Positions 1-12,859 are shown, counted from the stretch's first letter. The stretch: 64,000 nucleotides of DNA from Octopus vulgaris (GCA_951406725.2 OX597822.1:71486001-71550000); one strand, 5' to 3'. Numbers and translations are program-made. The notes: generated by a model from the letters alone, not told the origin.

Positions 1-340
1 CTGAGTTGATTATACTGAGAGCGATGGATATAAAAAAAAAAATTGGAGGAGCTTAGGAATTAAAACAGTCACCAAGTACACAACTAGCCAGATTTTGAAT
101 GTATGGAACCGTAAGAAAAATATACGCTCTGTTATGGAAATCAGTTGATATTGGATGTTATTGTGGCCAGAAAAATACAGGAGAAAGAGGAAATTTCAGT
201 TTCATACCTATAATCATAGAAGCCACAGGATATCTACCAACCCAATCTGCAAGTCCTTCTTAAGATTTAAAGGCTGATGGACAAAACAAGATGCTTTCCT
301 TCACAAACTTGCTACTAAGCTGGTGGCTGGTCAGAAATTA
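1..340 (+). mobile_element. Degenerate non-LTR retrotransposon C-terminal fragment (restriction-like endonuclease type, R4/Dong-like)
   Basis: About 198-240 translates SFIPIIIEATGYLP, resembling the PIIIGALG motif after RLE domains; heavily frameshifted. Confidence 0.35.
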
Positions 341-410
341 ACCCTAAATTAAAACAAAAAGAAAACATACATATATTCATAAGTACATATATAAATTTGT
401 TTATACACAC

Positions 411-467
<57 letters not shown>

Positions 468-635
468 CCCATTTTTTCTTTCTTTTTTCTTTTCTTTTTT
501 CTTTTTTTTTATTCCTTTCTACGATCCCTTTTGATCAAAAACCTACCCCACTTATTTTTTTCTCCCCAAAAAGAAAAGCTCTACTTTGTAATTTGTCCCG
601 TCTATGTTCAACCCTGAATTGCTAATAAAGAAACA
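468..635 (+). mobile_element. 3' UTR fragment of a Tx1/L1-like LINE inside (TATC)n
   Basis: Shares cgatcccttttgatc, aaagaaaagctctac, tttgtccc and ctaataaagaaa with the LINE 3' UTR at 51215-51388; flanked by (TATC)n. Confidence 0.75.
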
Positions 636-1390
636 TATCTATCTACCTACCTATCCATCCATCCATCCATCCGTGTTCCATGCTAGCAAGGGCGGGATGG
701 TACCACAAGAGCCGGCCAGGCCGAAGCCTGCATTGGACTTCTGTGACTGTTTTGGCTGGAGTTTTACATGTGTATACAATCTTCGGTGAATGTACATCGG
801 TGAAAAATATAGACGTTAACAAACTGACCAAAAATCCAGTGCTTTATGAATAAATTTCCTTCAAATATTTGTTCTGCAGCTATAAAACTGTAAACTACTT
901 ATTGGCTTATTAGAAACTAACCAATGATGGTTTTGTTAGCAAATTGCTGTATAAAAATTTAAAAAAAAAGCAATGAAGACATACTCTCTCCCTTTCTCCC
1001 TGTCTTTCTCTGCAATCACACACTCAAATACATATACAGATAACAATACACGCATTTCCCTACATGGAGATTATAAAAACAGCTGGTTATTTGATATATT
1101 TAGCCAGGATCATTGGGTTGAGAACTTTTAGATCAGGTCATTTCTCATCCATGCTTTTATCCTGCAGACATTGATGTATAGAATGTGTAGATGTTCAGGC
1201 AGACATAGGCTACATCAGTCACAACCATATGGAGAGGAGCTGCACAGGTAATGGATACTGCTCCTCAGCTCTTCATTAACAAAACGAATTACTGATATGA
1301 TACATTTGACAGGCTTGTGCACAGCTTCCATTTACCACATTCCACTTGCAATGTATGGATCAACCGAAAATTATAAAACCTGATGTATGC

Positions 1391-1629
1391 CCAAGATTCC
1401 ACTCAGTGGGATTAAACCAAGTAGAACAACTGATGTGCTGATGATTCTTATGAAGGCAGAAACATGTTTTCACTGCATAGCCACTTTTTGCTAAACAATC
1501 AAACCATCAAACCAAGATTCCACTCAGTGGGATTAAACCAAGTTGAACAACCAATGTGCTGATGATTCTTATGAAGGCAGAAACATGTTTTCACTGCATA
1601 GCCACTTTTTGCTAAACAATCAAACCATC
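1391..1629. repeat. Tandem duplication, period 121 bp
   Basis: ccaagattccactcagtggg...caaaccatc at 1391-1508 and 1512-1629, near identical; begins in a decayed SINE A head. Confidence 0.9.
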
Positions 1630-1897
1630 CTTTCTTTAATGGCATATCAATTTTGTAGAAATCTTGATTCTTGAGATTAACTCCCCTTGTCATTTCGATT
1701 TAGTTTCAATTGCCAACAGGAAAATGGCTTAATTTCCTTGGAAGTACAACTAATTACAATAAATCAAGAATTTATTTTGTACAGTGTTTAATATAACTTT
1801 ATTCATATTTGCTGTTCAAATGCATGCGACTTGCTACAGTGAGTGATTTCTCGTATTTTATTTCCATATCAATGATAAATGTATGTGTGCTCATATG

Positions 1898-1945
<48 letters not shown>

Positions 1946-2389
1946 TATATATACACATAGAGCAAGAGAGAGAGGGAGAGAGATGGATACACACACATAC
2001 ATATACACACACATATATGTATAATTTTCTGTGCATATATATATATATATTAATATATACATATACATACATACATACATACATACATACATACATACAT
2101 ACATACATACATACATACGTACATACATACATATATACATACATGTGTGCATGTGTATGTTTGTGTGTATGTATGGATGTACGTATGTAAAACTCTGTAT
2201 AGGTAACTAATTGCAATTTTGTTTGTATTAACTTTAATTTACAGATAGGAAGTCGAAGAAATGAATGTTCAGAGATATAGAGATTTTAGTATCCTGATAC
2301 TATACACTTGCAAGCTATTCATAATTTCCCATAACTTACATTTCTGAAATGAACAGGAATGAAAGCACAGCCAATAAAGAGATAACCAC

Positions 2390-2449
<60 letters not shown>

Positions 2450-2948
2450 TTACTTGTCAATGACAGACTAGATAAGTAAAGTGGATTGATACTGCCTGTT
2501 TAATTTGACTGATTGTATTTATATTGTTCTGCTTGTTGTAACAATTGTAGATTATTCATGATTTGCTATTTGTATAACATCACCTGATTATATGTAAATG
2601 TACCTGTGTTCTTCTATTCTCCTACTGGTTGCAGCCCGAGCTGGAGCTGTGCTGGACTACCACCATTAAAAAATGCTATCGTAGGTTTCAGCGAGTTTTT
2701 AACTCACAACCTTCTGCATGTTAAATTAAGCAGATGTGCTAACCACTACACCATGAAACTTTGACACACACATCACACACACACACACACACACAAAAGT
2801 GTGTGTTTGTTTGTATGTGTGTGTGTATGAGTGTGTGTGTGTAAGTATGTGTATGTGTGTGTGTGTAAGTGTGTGTGTGTGTGTCTCTCTCTCGATATAT
2901 ATATATATATATATCGAGAGAGAGAAAGACACACACACACATACACAC

Positions 2949-3001
2949 AATTTGTGGACATGCATAAATTACATTCACATACACACACACACACATCCTG
3001 C

Positions 3002-3075
<74 letters not shown>

Positions 3076-3124
3076 GCAGGATGTGTGTGTGTACGTGAAT
3101 GTAATTTATGCACATCCACAAATT
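2949..3124. repeat. Inverted repeat of a Helitron-like 5' end around (TA)n
   Basis: 2949-3006 is the approximate reverse complement of 3071-3124. Confidence 0.85.
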
Positions 3125-4262
3125 AGCACACATGTCACTCCAATTTTAGAAGGACATTCGTCATGACCCTAGCTGTATTTTCGTTAAATTATTTTTCCCA
3201 AGGCACCCATGGGTAGCGGTAAAAATTGATTTTCAACCTAAACTTTTACCAATTTTGAAGTTTGCTAACATGAGTTAACCCCCTTCTTACCATAGTGAAG
3301 TGAAAATGTGTGTGTGTGTGAGGGAGAAAGAAGTTGTGTGTTGATGTATGTGTGTGAGGGAGAGAGAGAGTGGCAGCATTCACCAAAAATAAAAATGTAA
3401 AATGTTTCTTTCTTAAACATGAGATATAGAATTCAAATTTAGGATATTTTTGAAAGACACTATATTTTATAATCAGATTATATATACTTTCTCACACAAC
3501 AATTAAAATATATTTATTTTAAATCATTTATTCATTTTAAATCGTTCACCCCCCCCCCTTTCACACCCACACATTACTTTGGGCGTGAAAGAGTTTTGTT
3601 TTTATTTTACGTCGAGGAAAAAAGTATTTCGTTGAGAATTCATTTATTTAACAACATAGAAACAAAGAGGTAGGTAACAATTTGTCAGTGAATTACACAA
3701 TATAAATGGGTAAAATTTCCGTTGTGGATCCAAGTTAAGACCTTAAGCCTAAGCACAAACATGCGTGCACACTTGCTTGGTGATAGCACGTCTGCAGCAT
3801 TTACTGAAGACATTTTAGCCCTTGGAGAAGGCAAGGTCCCTAGGAATGATAGGGGTGACATATCCATCTCTGATCCGTGCAAGACCGTGGTCAACCCTTC
3901 CGATCTTTTGGAAACAGTGTTCCCCAATCTGGAAAGTAATTATGCAGACATCAATTGGCTCAGTGAAAGAACCATCCTGGCCCCCCCAAAACGTAGCTGT
4001 CAGTGTTATCAACGACCAGCTCATAAGCCGAATCCCAGGTGAGGAGCGCATCTACAAATCGATTGACCAGACCTCTGACCCCTAAGACATTGTCAATTAT
4101 GCTATCGAGTTTCTCAACTCATTGGAGCCAGCAGGGCTTCCATTTCGCATTCTTAGACAAAGGTTTGGATGCCCAATTATGCTAATCAGAAATTTGCTTC
4201 CGCCTAAACAGTGCAACGGGACCCGCTTAGTAATCAAGTCCCTGATGACCCACTTGATTCTG
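3069..4262 (+). mobile_element. Helitron remnant with PIF1-like helicase fragment
   Basis: TATATAAAAG plus (TG)n start. 3722-4260 encodes LSTNMRAHL...VFPNL...WLSERTILAP/KNVAVSVINDQL...EFLNSLEPAGLP...PIMLIRNL...CNGTRL, characteristic of RepHel helicases. Confidence 0.85.
3722..4260 (+). pseudogene. Helitron PIF1-like helicase pseudogene fragment
   Basis: ORFs 3722..4042 and 3822..4085 join by a frameshift in the C-run near 3981; in-frame stop at about 4083. Confidence 0.9.
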
Positions 4263-4276
4263 TATATATATATATA

Positions 4277-4495
4277 CTTTAATTAAAGCAGCAGAAAATT
4301 TAACAAAACCTGTTACTCTGAGTTTCACGTTGCTGTTCATCGCTAGCAAAAACTGTCCGATGAACGGCAACGTGAAACTCAGAGTAACAGGCTTTGTTGA
4401 ATTTTCTGCTGCTTTAAATAAAGCATATTACTCAACCATTGGTATTTGAGTACTCTTTTTTCCACCTTGTTTCACATTTATGTGTTTACTCCGGT
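4277..4495 (+). mobile_element. Penelope-like terminal remnant with 5' inverted repeat
   Basis: 4277-4342 is inverted to 4358-4423; contains a hammerhead motif; between (TA)n tracts. Related pieces at about 11495-11565 and 14025-14080. Confidence 0.7.
4353..4390 (+). ncRNA. Minimal type I hammerhead motif (U4C variant)
   Basis: ctgt CCGATGA acg-gcaa-cgt GAAA ctc-a-gag TA acag; all three stems pair. Confidence 0.65.
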
Positions 4496-4511
4496 ATATA
4501 TATATATACAT

Positions 4512-4584
<73 letters not shown>

Positions 4585-4590
4585 TATATG

Positions 4591-4752
4591 CAACAGGCTT
4601 CTTTCAGTTTCCGTCTACCAAATCCACTCACAAGGCTTTGGTCAGCCCGAGGCTATAGTAGAAGACACTTGCCCAAAGTACTATGCAGTGGGACTGAACC
4701 TGGAACCATGTGGTTAGTAAGTAAGCTAACTACCACATAGCCACTCCTACAC

Positions 4753-4754
<2 letters not shown>
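4591..4754 (-). mobile_element. SINE A, head half
   Basis: Matches the 5' half of full copies such as 28053-28468. Confidence 0.9.
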
Positions 4755-4820
<66 letters not shown>

Positions 4821-5345
4821 TCATATATATATATGTGTGTGTATGCATCATGGTGTGTGTGTATGTGTGTGTCTGTGTTTGTTTGTCTGTGTCTATGTGT
4901 ATATATATATATTGATATGCATGTGTATATTTGTGGAAAGTCGTAAATAGCCTGTTCAAAGTGCGTTCAGATGTATGACTTTTCAAAGCAGAAATAGTTT
5001 AGGGAAAAATTTCTCTTCCTAGACAAATGCAAAGACACATTTTTAGATTGTAAATGATGTCACTGGATCATAGGATGCATGCATTTCTCTGTCCTTTCAC
5101 TTTGTCAGCTACAAATACCAAATCTGTCACTCACAACCCAATACAAACGAAATCTTTCTTATTATACCTCAAATGTGTTATATATAAATACATGAATGTT
5201 GCTTTGTGGAACTTTATTTCTAGCTTGATCAAACTTTAGCATATCAGCAAACATCTTGTAGACAACCTGCAGATGTTAGTTACCACGGACTTTGGGGGAG
5301 GTGAATTACTACATAAAAATCTATATATGTTGTCTGCTACTACAA

Positions 5346-5680
5346 TCTTCTTCTTCTTCTTCTTCTTCTTCTTCTTCTTCTTCTTCTTCTTCTTCTTCTT
5401 CCCCTTCTCCCCTTCCTCTTCTATTTCTTCCCCTTCTTCCACCTTCTCCACTTCTTTCTCCTTCTCTTCTTCTTCCTCCTTCTACTACTACATCCTCCTC
5501 CCCTTCTTCTTCTCCTTCTTCTTCTTCTTCTTCTTCTTCTTCTTCTTCTTCTCCTCCTCCTTCCCTTCCTCTTCTATTTCTTCCCCTTTTCCCACCTTCT
5601 CCACTTCTTTCTCCTTCTCTTCCTCCTCCCCCTCCTCCTCCTCTCCTACTTCTTCCCCCTCTTCCTTCTCCTCTTCCACC
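5346..5680. repeat. (CTT)n polypyrimidine tract with internal duplication
   Basis: Two (CTT)n runs, each followed by ccttcctcttctatttcttcccct...ccaccttctccacttctttctccttctctt. Confidence 0.9.
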
Positions 5681-5977
5681 TCACCTCTTAAAAGTACATG
5701 AATGTACTCTACGCTACCAAATCAACTCTTCTTCCTTTTAAAAAAAAACATCTTCACATTCCCTAACAGAGGCCCCCATCTCCTCCTCACCTTGCCATGT
5801 TCCTCAGAATAAATCCCAAACCATGCTAATCAGGAACTGCTTGGATTTGGTTTTGTCCATTCTTTCATGAATTTGACAGCACAGTCCATTGCAGATATCA
5901 ATTTCTCATCCTGTTGTTTTACTTTTTTTGTTCTTACATTGATTTCTGCAACATAAAAATAAATAACAAAAAAGGCT

Positions 5978-6059
5978 TTCCCTCTTTTCTTTCGTTCTTT
6001 CTCTCCTTCTTTCTTTCTTTCTTTCTTTCTTTCTGTCTTTCTGTCTTTCTCTCTTTCTC

Positions 6060-6144
<85 letters not shown>

Positions 6145-6428
6145 CTCTCTCTATTTCTCCCTTTCTCTCTCTCTCTTTCTTTCTCTCTTTCTCTCTCTCT
6201 TTCTCTCTCTCTTTCTCTTTCTCTCGCTTTCTCTCTCTCTCTTTCTCTTTTTCTTTCTTTCATTCATTCTTTCTTCCTTTCTTCCCCTCCATTTCTGCCA
6301 CCGCCGCCGCCACCACCACCACCACCACCACCACCACCACCACCACAACCACCACAACCACCACAACCACCACAACCACCACAACCACCACCACCACCAC
6401 CACCACTAACAACAACAACAACAACAGC
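5978..6428. repeat. Compound microsatellite (CTTT)n/(CT)n/(CCA)n/(CAA)n
   Basis: Directly visible. Confidence 0.95.
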
Positions 6429-6897
6429 ATTATCATCTTTTTACTCATATAAGCTAAGCACCTACTCAGCTGTGAGTACATGCTACTGACAAAGCCTAAT
6501 GAGGCTGAAATGCATCTAACATTCTCACTAACCACTACTAGGATTATTTTTGTCTGCCTCCAATATATATTGTGGTTTTAAACACAGCATGTCCATAAAA
6601 GATATCTCCAAAATAATACAGCAGTAAACTTGCTTTTTATTATTATGATACACAGATAAATATTATAATCTAATACTACTTTTGTTACATATTACAGATA
6701 TATGAAGAGAGGTTATAGGCCACTGTCCATTAGGGTCTGTTGAGATGCTGTAAAGCTAAGCACTTTATGAACATGAAACCCGGGATAATCCCATAGACCA
6801 GCCATAACTATTTTTATCTTAATACTCTACTGCTCTGTAGCTTAGAGTTTGCTTCTATCTTGGATTTATGATTTACTGATGATATAAACAATATGTA

Positions 6898-7419
6898 CCG
6901 TAAATCTTTGAGTATAGTCCGCCCTTGAGTATAATATGCAGGGGATTTTTAGGGGGCTGTACCTCTGAAAAATCTAAACCTTGTGTATAATACGCACTCC
7001 TTCTCTAACTTGAGTCGTGCGTAATTAAGCCAGCAACACCTAGTCGAACAAACACTTCCACGCATGTGTAATACAATAATGGTGATGATCTTAACTGTTA
7101 TTTGGGAATGTAAATATGTTTGCAAATTGTTTTTGTGAAATGTTATTCTGTGTTCTGAATACTTTTATTTTAATAAATGTTGCTTACTGCAAGTTATGGA
7201 TGATTCTTTTATGACTTCATTGCTTTCAGGCTTAGCTTAAGGTATTTTCGTGCCCGACATCACAAAATGCGTCTGAATAAACATTGCCAGACAGCAAATA
7301 GAGACTCAAACATTGCTTAGATAATATGTTTCATTTTTAACCTTGTATATAGTACGCACTAGGGATTTTGGCCTTTAAATTTTGGGAAAAAAGTGCAGAT
7401 TATACTCAAGGATTTACGG
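6898..7419. mobile_element. Non-autonomous pogo/Tc2-like DNA transposon (MITE)
   Basis: TA|ccgtaaatctttgagtata ... tatactcaaggatttacgg|TA terminal inverted repeats with TA duplication; internal subterminal repeats tataatacgcac. Confidence 0.85.
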
Positions 7420-7636
7420 TATATATTCTTTTTCCTTGATGTATGAACCACAGGCATGGCCATGTAGCTGCGAAATTCACTCCATAACTGCATGGTTTAA
7501 GGTTCAATTTCAGTGTTTGGCACCATGGGCAAGTGTCTTTTCATATGGTTTTGGCTGACAAATGCCTTGTCAGAACCAATATGGAAGCGTATCACATGCA
7601 TGCAGACATACATATGTGTGTGTATGTGTCTGTGTG

Positions 7637-8029
7637 TGTGTGTATGCCTCTGTGTGTATATGTCTGTGTGTATGCCTCTGTGTGTATATGTCTGTGTGTA
7701 TACTTCTGTGTGTATATGTCTGTGTGTATGCCTCTGTGTGTCTATGTCTGTGTGTATGCCTCTGTGTGTATATGTCTGTGTGTATGCCTCTGTGTGTATA
7801 TGTCTGTGTGTATGCCTCTGTGTGTATATGTCTGTGTGTATGCCTCTGTGTGTCTATGTCTGTGTGTATGCCTCTGTGTGTCTATGTCTGTGTGTATGCC
7901 TCTGTGTGTCTATGTCTGTGTGTATGCCTCTGTGTGTATATGTCTGTGTGTATGCCTCTGTGTGTATATGTCTGTGTGTATGCCTCTGTGTGTATATGTC
8001 TGTGTGTATGCCTCTGTGTGTATATGCCT
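7637..8029. repeat. 28-bp minisatellite (TGTGTGTATGCCTC TGTGTGTATATGTC), about 14 units
   Basis: Directly visible dimer of 14-mers. Confidence 0.95.
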
Positions 8030-9054
8030 GTGCGTATGCTCATGCATACATGTTTGTCTGTATCTTCTCATGTCTTCACATTACAAATGCTTGGCTGCAA
8101 TGATGATGCATTTGATGTCCCACTTATACAACAATCCATTAGCTTAGTAGTACAAGTGGCAAAGATGTGAGATACAATACTGTACTTGAAAGCAAGTACA
8201 AATGTAGAATGGGCATCTGGCAGAAGAACACTGCATTGAGAAATCTCATCCAACATGCAAAAAGATAACAAAACAAGAAGAAAAAGACGATGACTATAGC
8301 TTCTATTTTGCATTTTTTAAAAAAAGTTAGCACTTCCTTAAACATGAAATGAAGGAATTTATTATTTTTTCTCCTTAATCAAATCTCCAACCAATTTCCC
8401 ATTTGTTTTCTTCTAATTAATTTATCTATGTCCACTATAGTTTCTTTATAGTATTTCCTTATTTATAAAAGAACTTTCCACTTTGTGTGCATAATGGATG
8501 TATACTTTTGATATCCTCTTTTGAATGGTGGATGTGGAATGCCAACAAAAGCTTTCTGAAGAGTTTATGTATTTATGTATTTATTTGTTATTTTTGTATC
8601 TAAGCTGTTCAGTTCACTTAACTTCCAATATATTATGTTAAAGTTATTGTTTATTACTGGAATAGCTTGTATATTTATATCCCATTGTCTTACTTTTGGC
8701 ATTAAGTTCAGTCTGATTTTTCTATAATACTACTACAATCTATCAATGAGCACACTATGGCCAAACGTTAAAGAAGTTTGCTTCACATTGACAAGGTATC
8801 AAGTTTGATCTCATCATGTGACATTTTGTGATGTTCCTGGAAGACAGAAACAAACAGTATCACTTGTATAATGGGTGTTCCTCATTTACAGCCATCATAT
8901 CATGATAAGGTACACATAAACACACATGCATACATATACCTATGTATCAGGCATATGCCGTCAGTAATTACTCAGGGTAAACAGTTGGCGACCTTTATGT
9001 AGTAAAATGCACAAAAATATAAGCGAAATACAGGCATCAGATTTGATGACAGCA

Positions 9055-9333
9055 CTGCTTGACTGGCATCCGTGCTAGTGGAGCACTAAGAGCACCATCC
9101 GAGCATGATCATTGCCAGGGCTGCTGACTGGCTCCCGTGCTGGTGGCATGTAAAAAACAATATTCCAGCGAGGTTGTTGCCAGTGCCGCTGGACGGGCTC
9201 TGGTGTAGGTGGAACATAAAAAGCACCATTTGAGCGTAGTCGTTGCCAGTACCGCTTGACTGGCCCTCATGCCAGTGACACGTAAAAGCACCCACTACAC
9301 TCTCAGAGTGGTTGGCATTAGGAAGGGCATCCA
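9055..9333 (+). mobile_element. Family C (RTE-type 3' UTR) fragment with palindromic modules
   Basis: gtgctggtggcatgtaaaaa modules, then ggttggcattaggaagggcatcca; truncated by mariner sequence. Confidence 0.75.
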
Positions 9334-9334
9334 A

Positions 9335-10161
9335 TGTTGATATTGATGCATGTTCTGAGAGACCCACAACCAGCAGAACTGAGAAAAATATCACAGATGT
9401 GCATACATCTGTGAGGGGAAATCATCAAATCACCAACCGTGTGTTATCAGAGGATGTGCAGATTAATTACAGTTCAGTTCAGACCATTACCACAGAAGAT
9501 TTGGGTGTGAGATGCATGTCTGCCAAATTTGTGCCAAGGCGGTGAGCTGGTAGAAATGTTAGCACGCAGGGTATTTCATCTGCCGTTACGTTCTGAGTTC
9601 AAATTCTGCTGAGGTCAACTTTGCCTTTTATCCTTGCCTGGGTCAATAAATTAAGTACCAGTTATGCACTGGGGTCGATGTAATCGACTTAATCCCTTTG
9701 TCTGTCCTTGTCTGTCCCCTCAATGTTTAGCTCCTTGTGGGCAATAAAGAAATAAGTTTGTGCCAAACCTGCTTTCAGCTAACCAAAAAGACACTCGGGT
9801 TTCAGTTGCACAAGATCTCATGGATTGTGTTAAGAATGATGAAACCTTTTTGAAAACATTGCATAGGCCACTGAGCAGGTATTGCAAAATTTTGGCAAAA
9901 TTTGATGCAGGTATTGCAAACATTTGGCAAAATTTGATGCAGATTCTCTGCTCAGCTTTCTCTGTCATGGTCAATGTGAGGATCACATGCTACACACCTT
10001 CCTTCCAAGCACTCCTGTAAACAGCAGAAGTAAGCTAGAAAGTTAAAACTTAGTGTGCATGCCCAGCAGAGTTCAAGGTCAATGTGTGCAAAGCAGCTTT
10101 ATTCTGCATGCTTTAGCTTTGCTACTATTACAACAGTCCAGATACTTATTGATCAGACCAC

Positions 10162-10162
<1 letters not shown>
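9335..10162. mobile_element. Rearranged mariner remnant interrupted by SINE B
   Basis: Plus strand SERPTTSRT...LGVRCMSAKFVP/LLSANQKDTRV; minus strand MTEKAEQRICIKFCQ, plus TIR-like ggtctgatcaataagtatctggactg ending in TA near 10162. Confidence 0.85.
9538..9756 (+). mobile_element. SINE B (tRNA head, Meta-like central domain), tail type 1, with TSD
   Basis: ggcggtgagctgg...gagttcaaattc...gccttttatcc...aagtaccag; TSD tttgtgccaa at 9528-9537 and 9757-9766. Confidence 0.9.
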
Positions 10163-10200
<38 letters not shown>

Positions 10201-10201
<1 letters not shown>

Positions 10202-10408
10202 ATTATTTTACTTGTTTCAGTTATACGACTGTGGCCATGCTGGAGCACCACCTTTAGTCGAGCAAGTCGACCCCAGGACTTATTCTTTCTAAGCCTAGTA
10301 CTTATTCTATCAGTCTCTTTTGCTGAACCACTAAGTTACGGGGACGTAAACACACCAGCATCGGTTGTCAAGCAATATTGGGGGGACAAACACAGACACA
10401 CAAACACA

Positions 10409-10460
<52 letters not shown>

Positions 10461-10637
10461 CACACATATATACGACGGGCTTCTTTCAGTTTCCGTCTGC
10501 CAGATCCACTCACAAGGCTTTGGTCGGCCTGAGGCTATAGTAGTAGACACTTGCCCAAGGTGCAACGCAGTGGGACTGAACCCGGAACCATGTAGTTTGT
10601 AAGCAAGCTACTTACCACACAGCCACTCCTTTGCCTA
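10201..10637 (-). mobile_element. SINE A, full length
   Basis: tRNA-like head, CORE-like ccttgggcaagt, internal (TA/TG)n, tail ccagcatggcc...tgaaacaagtaaaa. Confidence 0.95.
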
Positions 10638-11073
10638 TGTCTGTGATTAAGAATCTCTTCTATTTTATGCGACATTGACACACTTTTGTTATCTTATATA
10701 CATTACATTTCATTAACTTTCATAAATCTCTGTGCTGCATCTACTTATCTCTTGAATGTACTTCAACAGATTGAAGTGTCTTGTATAACAAAACAAAATT
10801 CAGATCATCTACAAGGTGCAGGTATGGCTGTGTAGTTAAGAAGCTCACTTTGTAACCATGTCGTTTAGTGTTCGGTCCCACTACACAGTATCTTGAGCAA
10901 GTGTCTTTTACTTCTATGATAGACCTGCACCAACCAATGCTGTGTCAGTGAATTTTGTTCATAGAAACTGTGTCGAAGCCCACTGCATACAAACACACTC
11001 AAACACATACATACACATATGTATACATACACACTTACATATACATACACATATATAGATAGTTATGTATATA

Positions 11074-11450
11074 TAGGCACTGGTGTGGCTGTGTGGTAAG
11101 AAACTTGCTCCCCAAGTACATTTGGTTTTAGGTTCAGTCCCACTGCATGGAACCTTGGGCAAGTGCCTTCTACTTATTCTTTTATTTGTTTCAGTCGTTT
11201 GACTGTGGCCATGCTGGAGCACCACCTTTAGTCGAACAAATCGATCCCAGGACTTATTTTTTGTAAGCCTAGCATTTATTCTCTCAGTCTCTTTTGCTGA
11301 ACTTCTAAGTTATGAGGATGTAAACACACCAACATCGGTTGTCAAGTGAAGCTGGGAGGACAAATACAGACACACAAACATATATGTCTTCTACTATAGT
11401 CTCAAGTTGACCAATGCTTATCAATGAATTCATTTGACAAAACCTGTGAG
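11074..11450 (+). mobile_element. SINE A with a second 5'-truncated SINE A (11174-11384, minus) nested inside
   Basis: Head stops at ccttctact (11173) and resumes at gtcttctactatag (11385); the duplicated cttctact is TSD-like. Confidence 0.75.
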
Positions 11451-11729
11451 AAAACCTTTTATAGATGTATTTATACACATGAATAAGAACATAGATGCAA
11501 AACAAGATGGAAAAAATAGTACTTGAGTACCTAAGGTAGAGGAATATGCTTTCATTAAAGCCATAATTTTGTTAAGATTCAGCAGATGTTATAAAAGTAT
11601 GTATATATTATACATATATATGATTTTTCGGTGAGTTTGGTGACTTATTTGAGGATTTTGACTCTTATTTCTAGCAAGCTGGTACTTTGTGTACCCTCTG
11701 ATATAATTATTTATGAATTATAAAATTTT

Positions 11730-12023
11730 ATTGATTAACCTTGTATTGATTAACCTTGTATCTCCTCCATAGCAAGACACCATCCATGTCCGCTCTTCTG
11801 CTCAGCTTCTGGTTCCTTGACAGTTTGCTCAAGCACTCCATCACTACCTTCCTCTTATCTCCTTCAACCTTGTATCTCCTCCATAGCAGTACCTTCCTCT
11901 TATCACTTTTATCACCTTCAGCCATGTATTTCCTTTGTACATTATCTACTTTTGCCTTTCAATACTTCGCATAAAGTCACCATTCTCCACAACCCCCAGA
12001 TACTTCCAGTTCGTAATGGGGAC
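11730..12023 (-). mobile_element. Probable LINE 3' remnant
   Basis: Minus strand reads ...NWKYLGVVE... (KYLG, RT C-terminal motif); short internal duplications. Confidence 0.4.
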
Positions 12024-12242
12024 TTCTTTCTTTTCTACTCTAGGCACAAGGCCTGAAATTTTGGGGGAGAAGGAAGTTGATTAGATCAGCCCCAGTGTGC
12101 AACTGGTACTTAATTTATCGACCCCGAAAGGATGAAAGGCAAAGTCGACCTTGGCGGAATTTGAACTCAGAATGTAAAGACAGATGAAATACCGCCATGC
12201 ATTTCGCCCAGCTTTCTAACATTTCTGCCAGCTCAACGCCTT
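12024..12242 (-). mobile_element. SINE B, tail type 2
   Basis: Same head and core as 9538; tail aatttcaggccttgtgcctagagtagaaaa. Confidence 0.9.
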
Positions 12243-12802
12243 CTTTCTGCCTTTCCTTTTTCCCAGTTCTTTCTGTCTTGCAAGTTACATGGCAATTTCA
12301 GTAATGCCAGAAGCACAAAATAGCACCCAGTACACTCTGTAAAGTGGTTGTCATTGGCAAGTGCATCCAGCCAAAGATGACATTGGAGCTCAACATGGCC
12401 CTGCTGCTTGCCATTTTCCTGTCAAACAATCCAAACCATTCCAACATGGAAAAAGGACAATAACTGACAATGATGATGACACATATAAAGGATGGGCTTC
12501 TTTCAGTCTCCATCTACCAAATCCAATCATAAGGCTTTGGTTGGCTCAGGGCTATAGTAGAAGACACTCACCTAAGGTACTATGCAGTGGGACTGAACTC
12601 GAAACCATGTGGGCAGGAAGCAAGCTTGTTACCACTCAACCACACCTGTATCTATACATTTCTATAAATTAAGTGCGTATATGTGTACATATATTAATAA
12701 GCATAGGGGTATGTGTTCGTGGTGCTTTATCTGCTTATGTGTGTGTGTGTGTGTGTGTGTTTGTGTGTGAGTGTGTGTGTGTGTATACATACATATATGT
12801 AC

Positions 12803-12859
<57 letters not shown>

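Noticed and set aside
1799-3166. Long ORFs rich in YI/CV/HT/MYVC (here and throughout the window)
   Set aside because: They are translations of stop-free microsatellites.
5273-6535. Poly-Ser, poly-Pro and poly-Phe ORFs
   Set aside because: Simple-repeat artefacts with no flanking coding signal.
8068-8313. ORF with a signal-peptide-like start
   Set aside because: No recognisable domain or supporting exon structure; the length is expected by chance.
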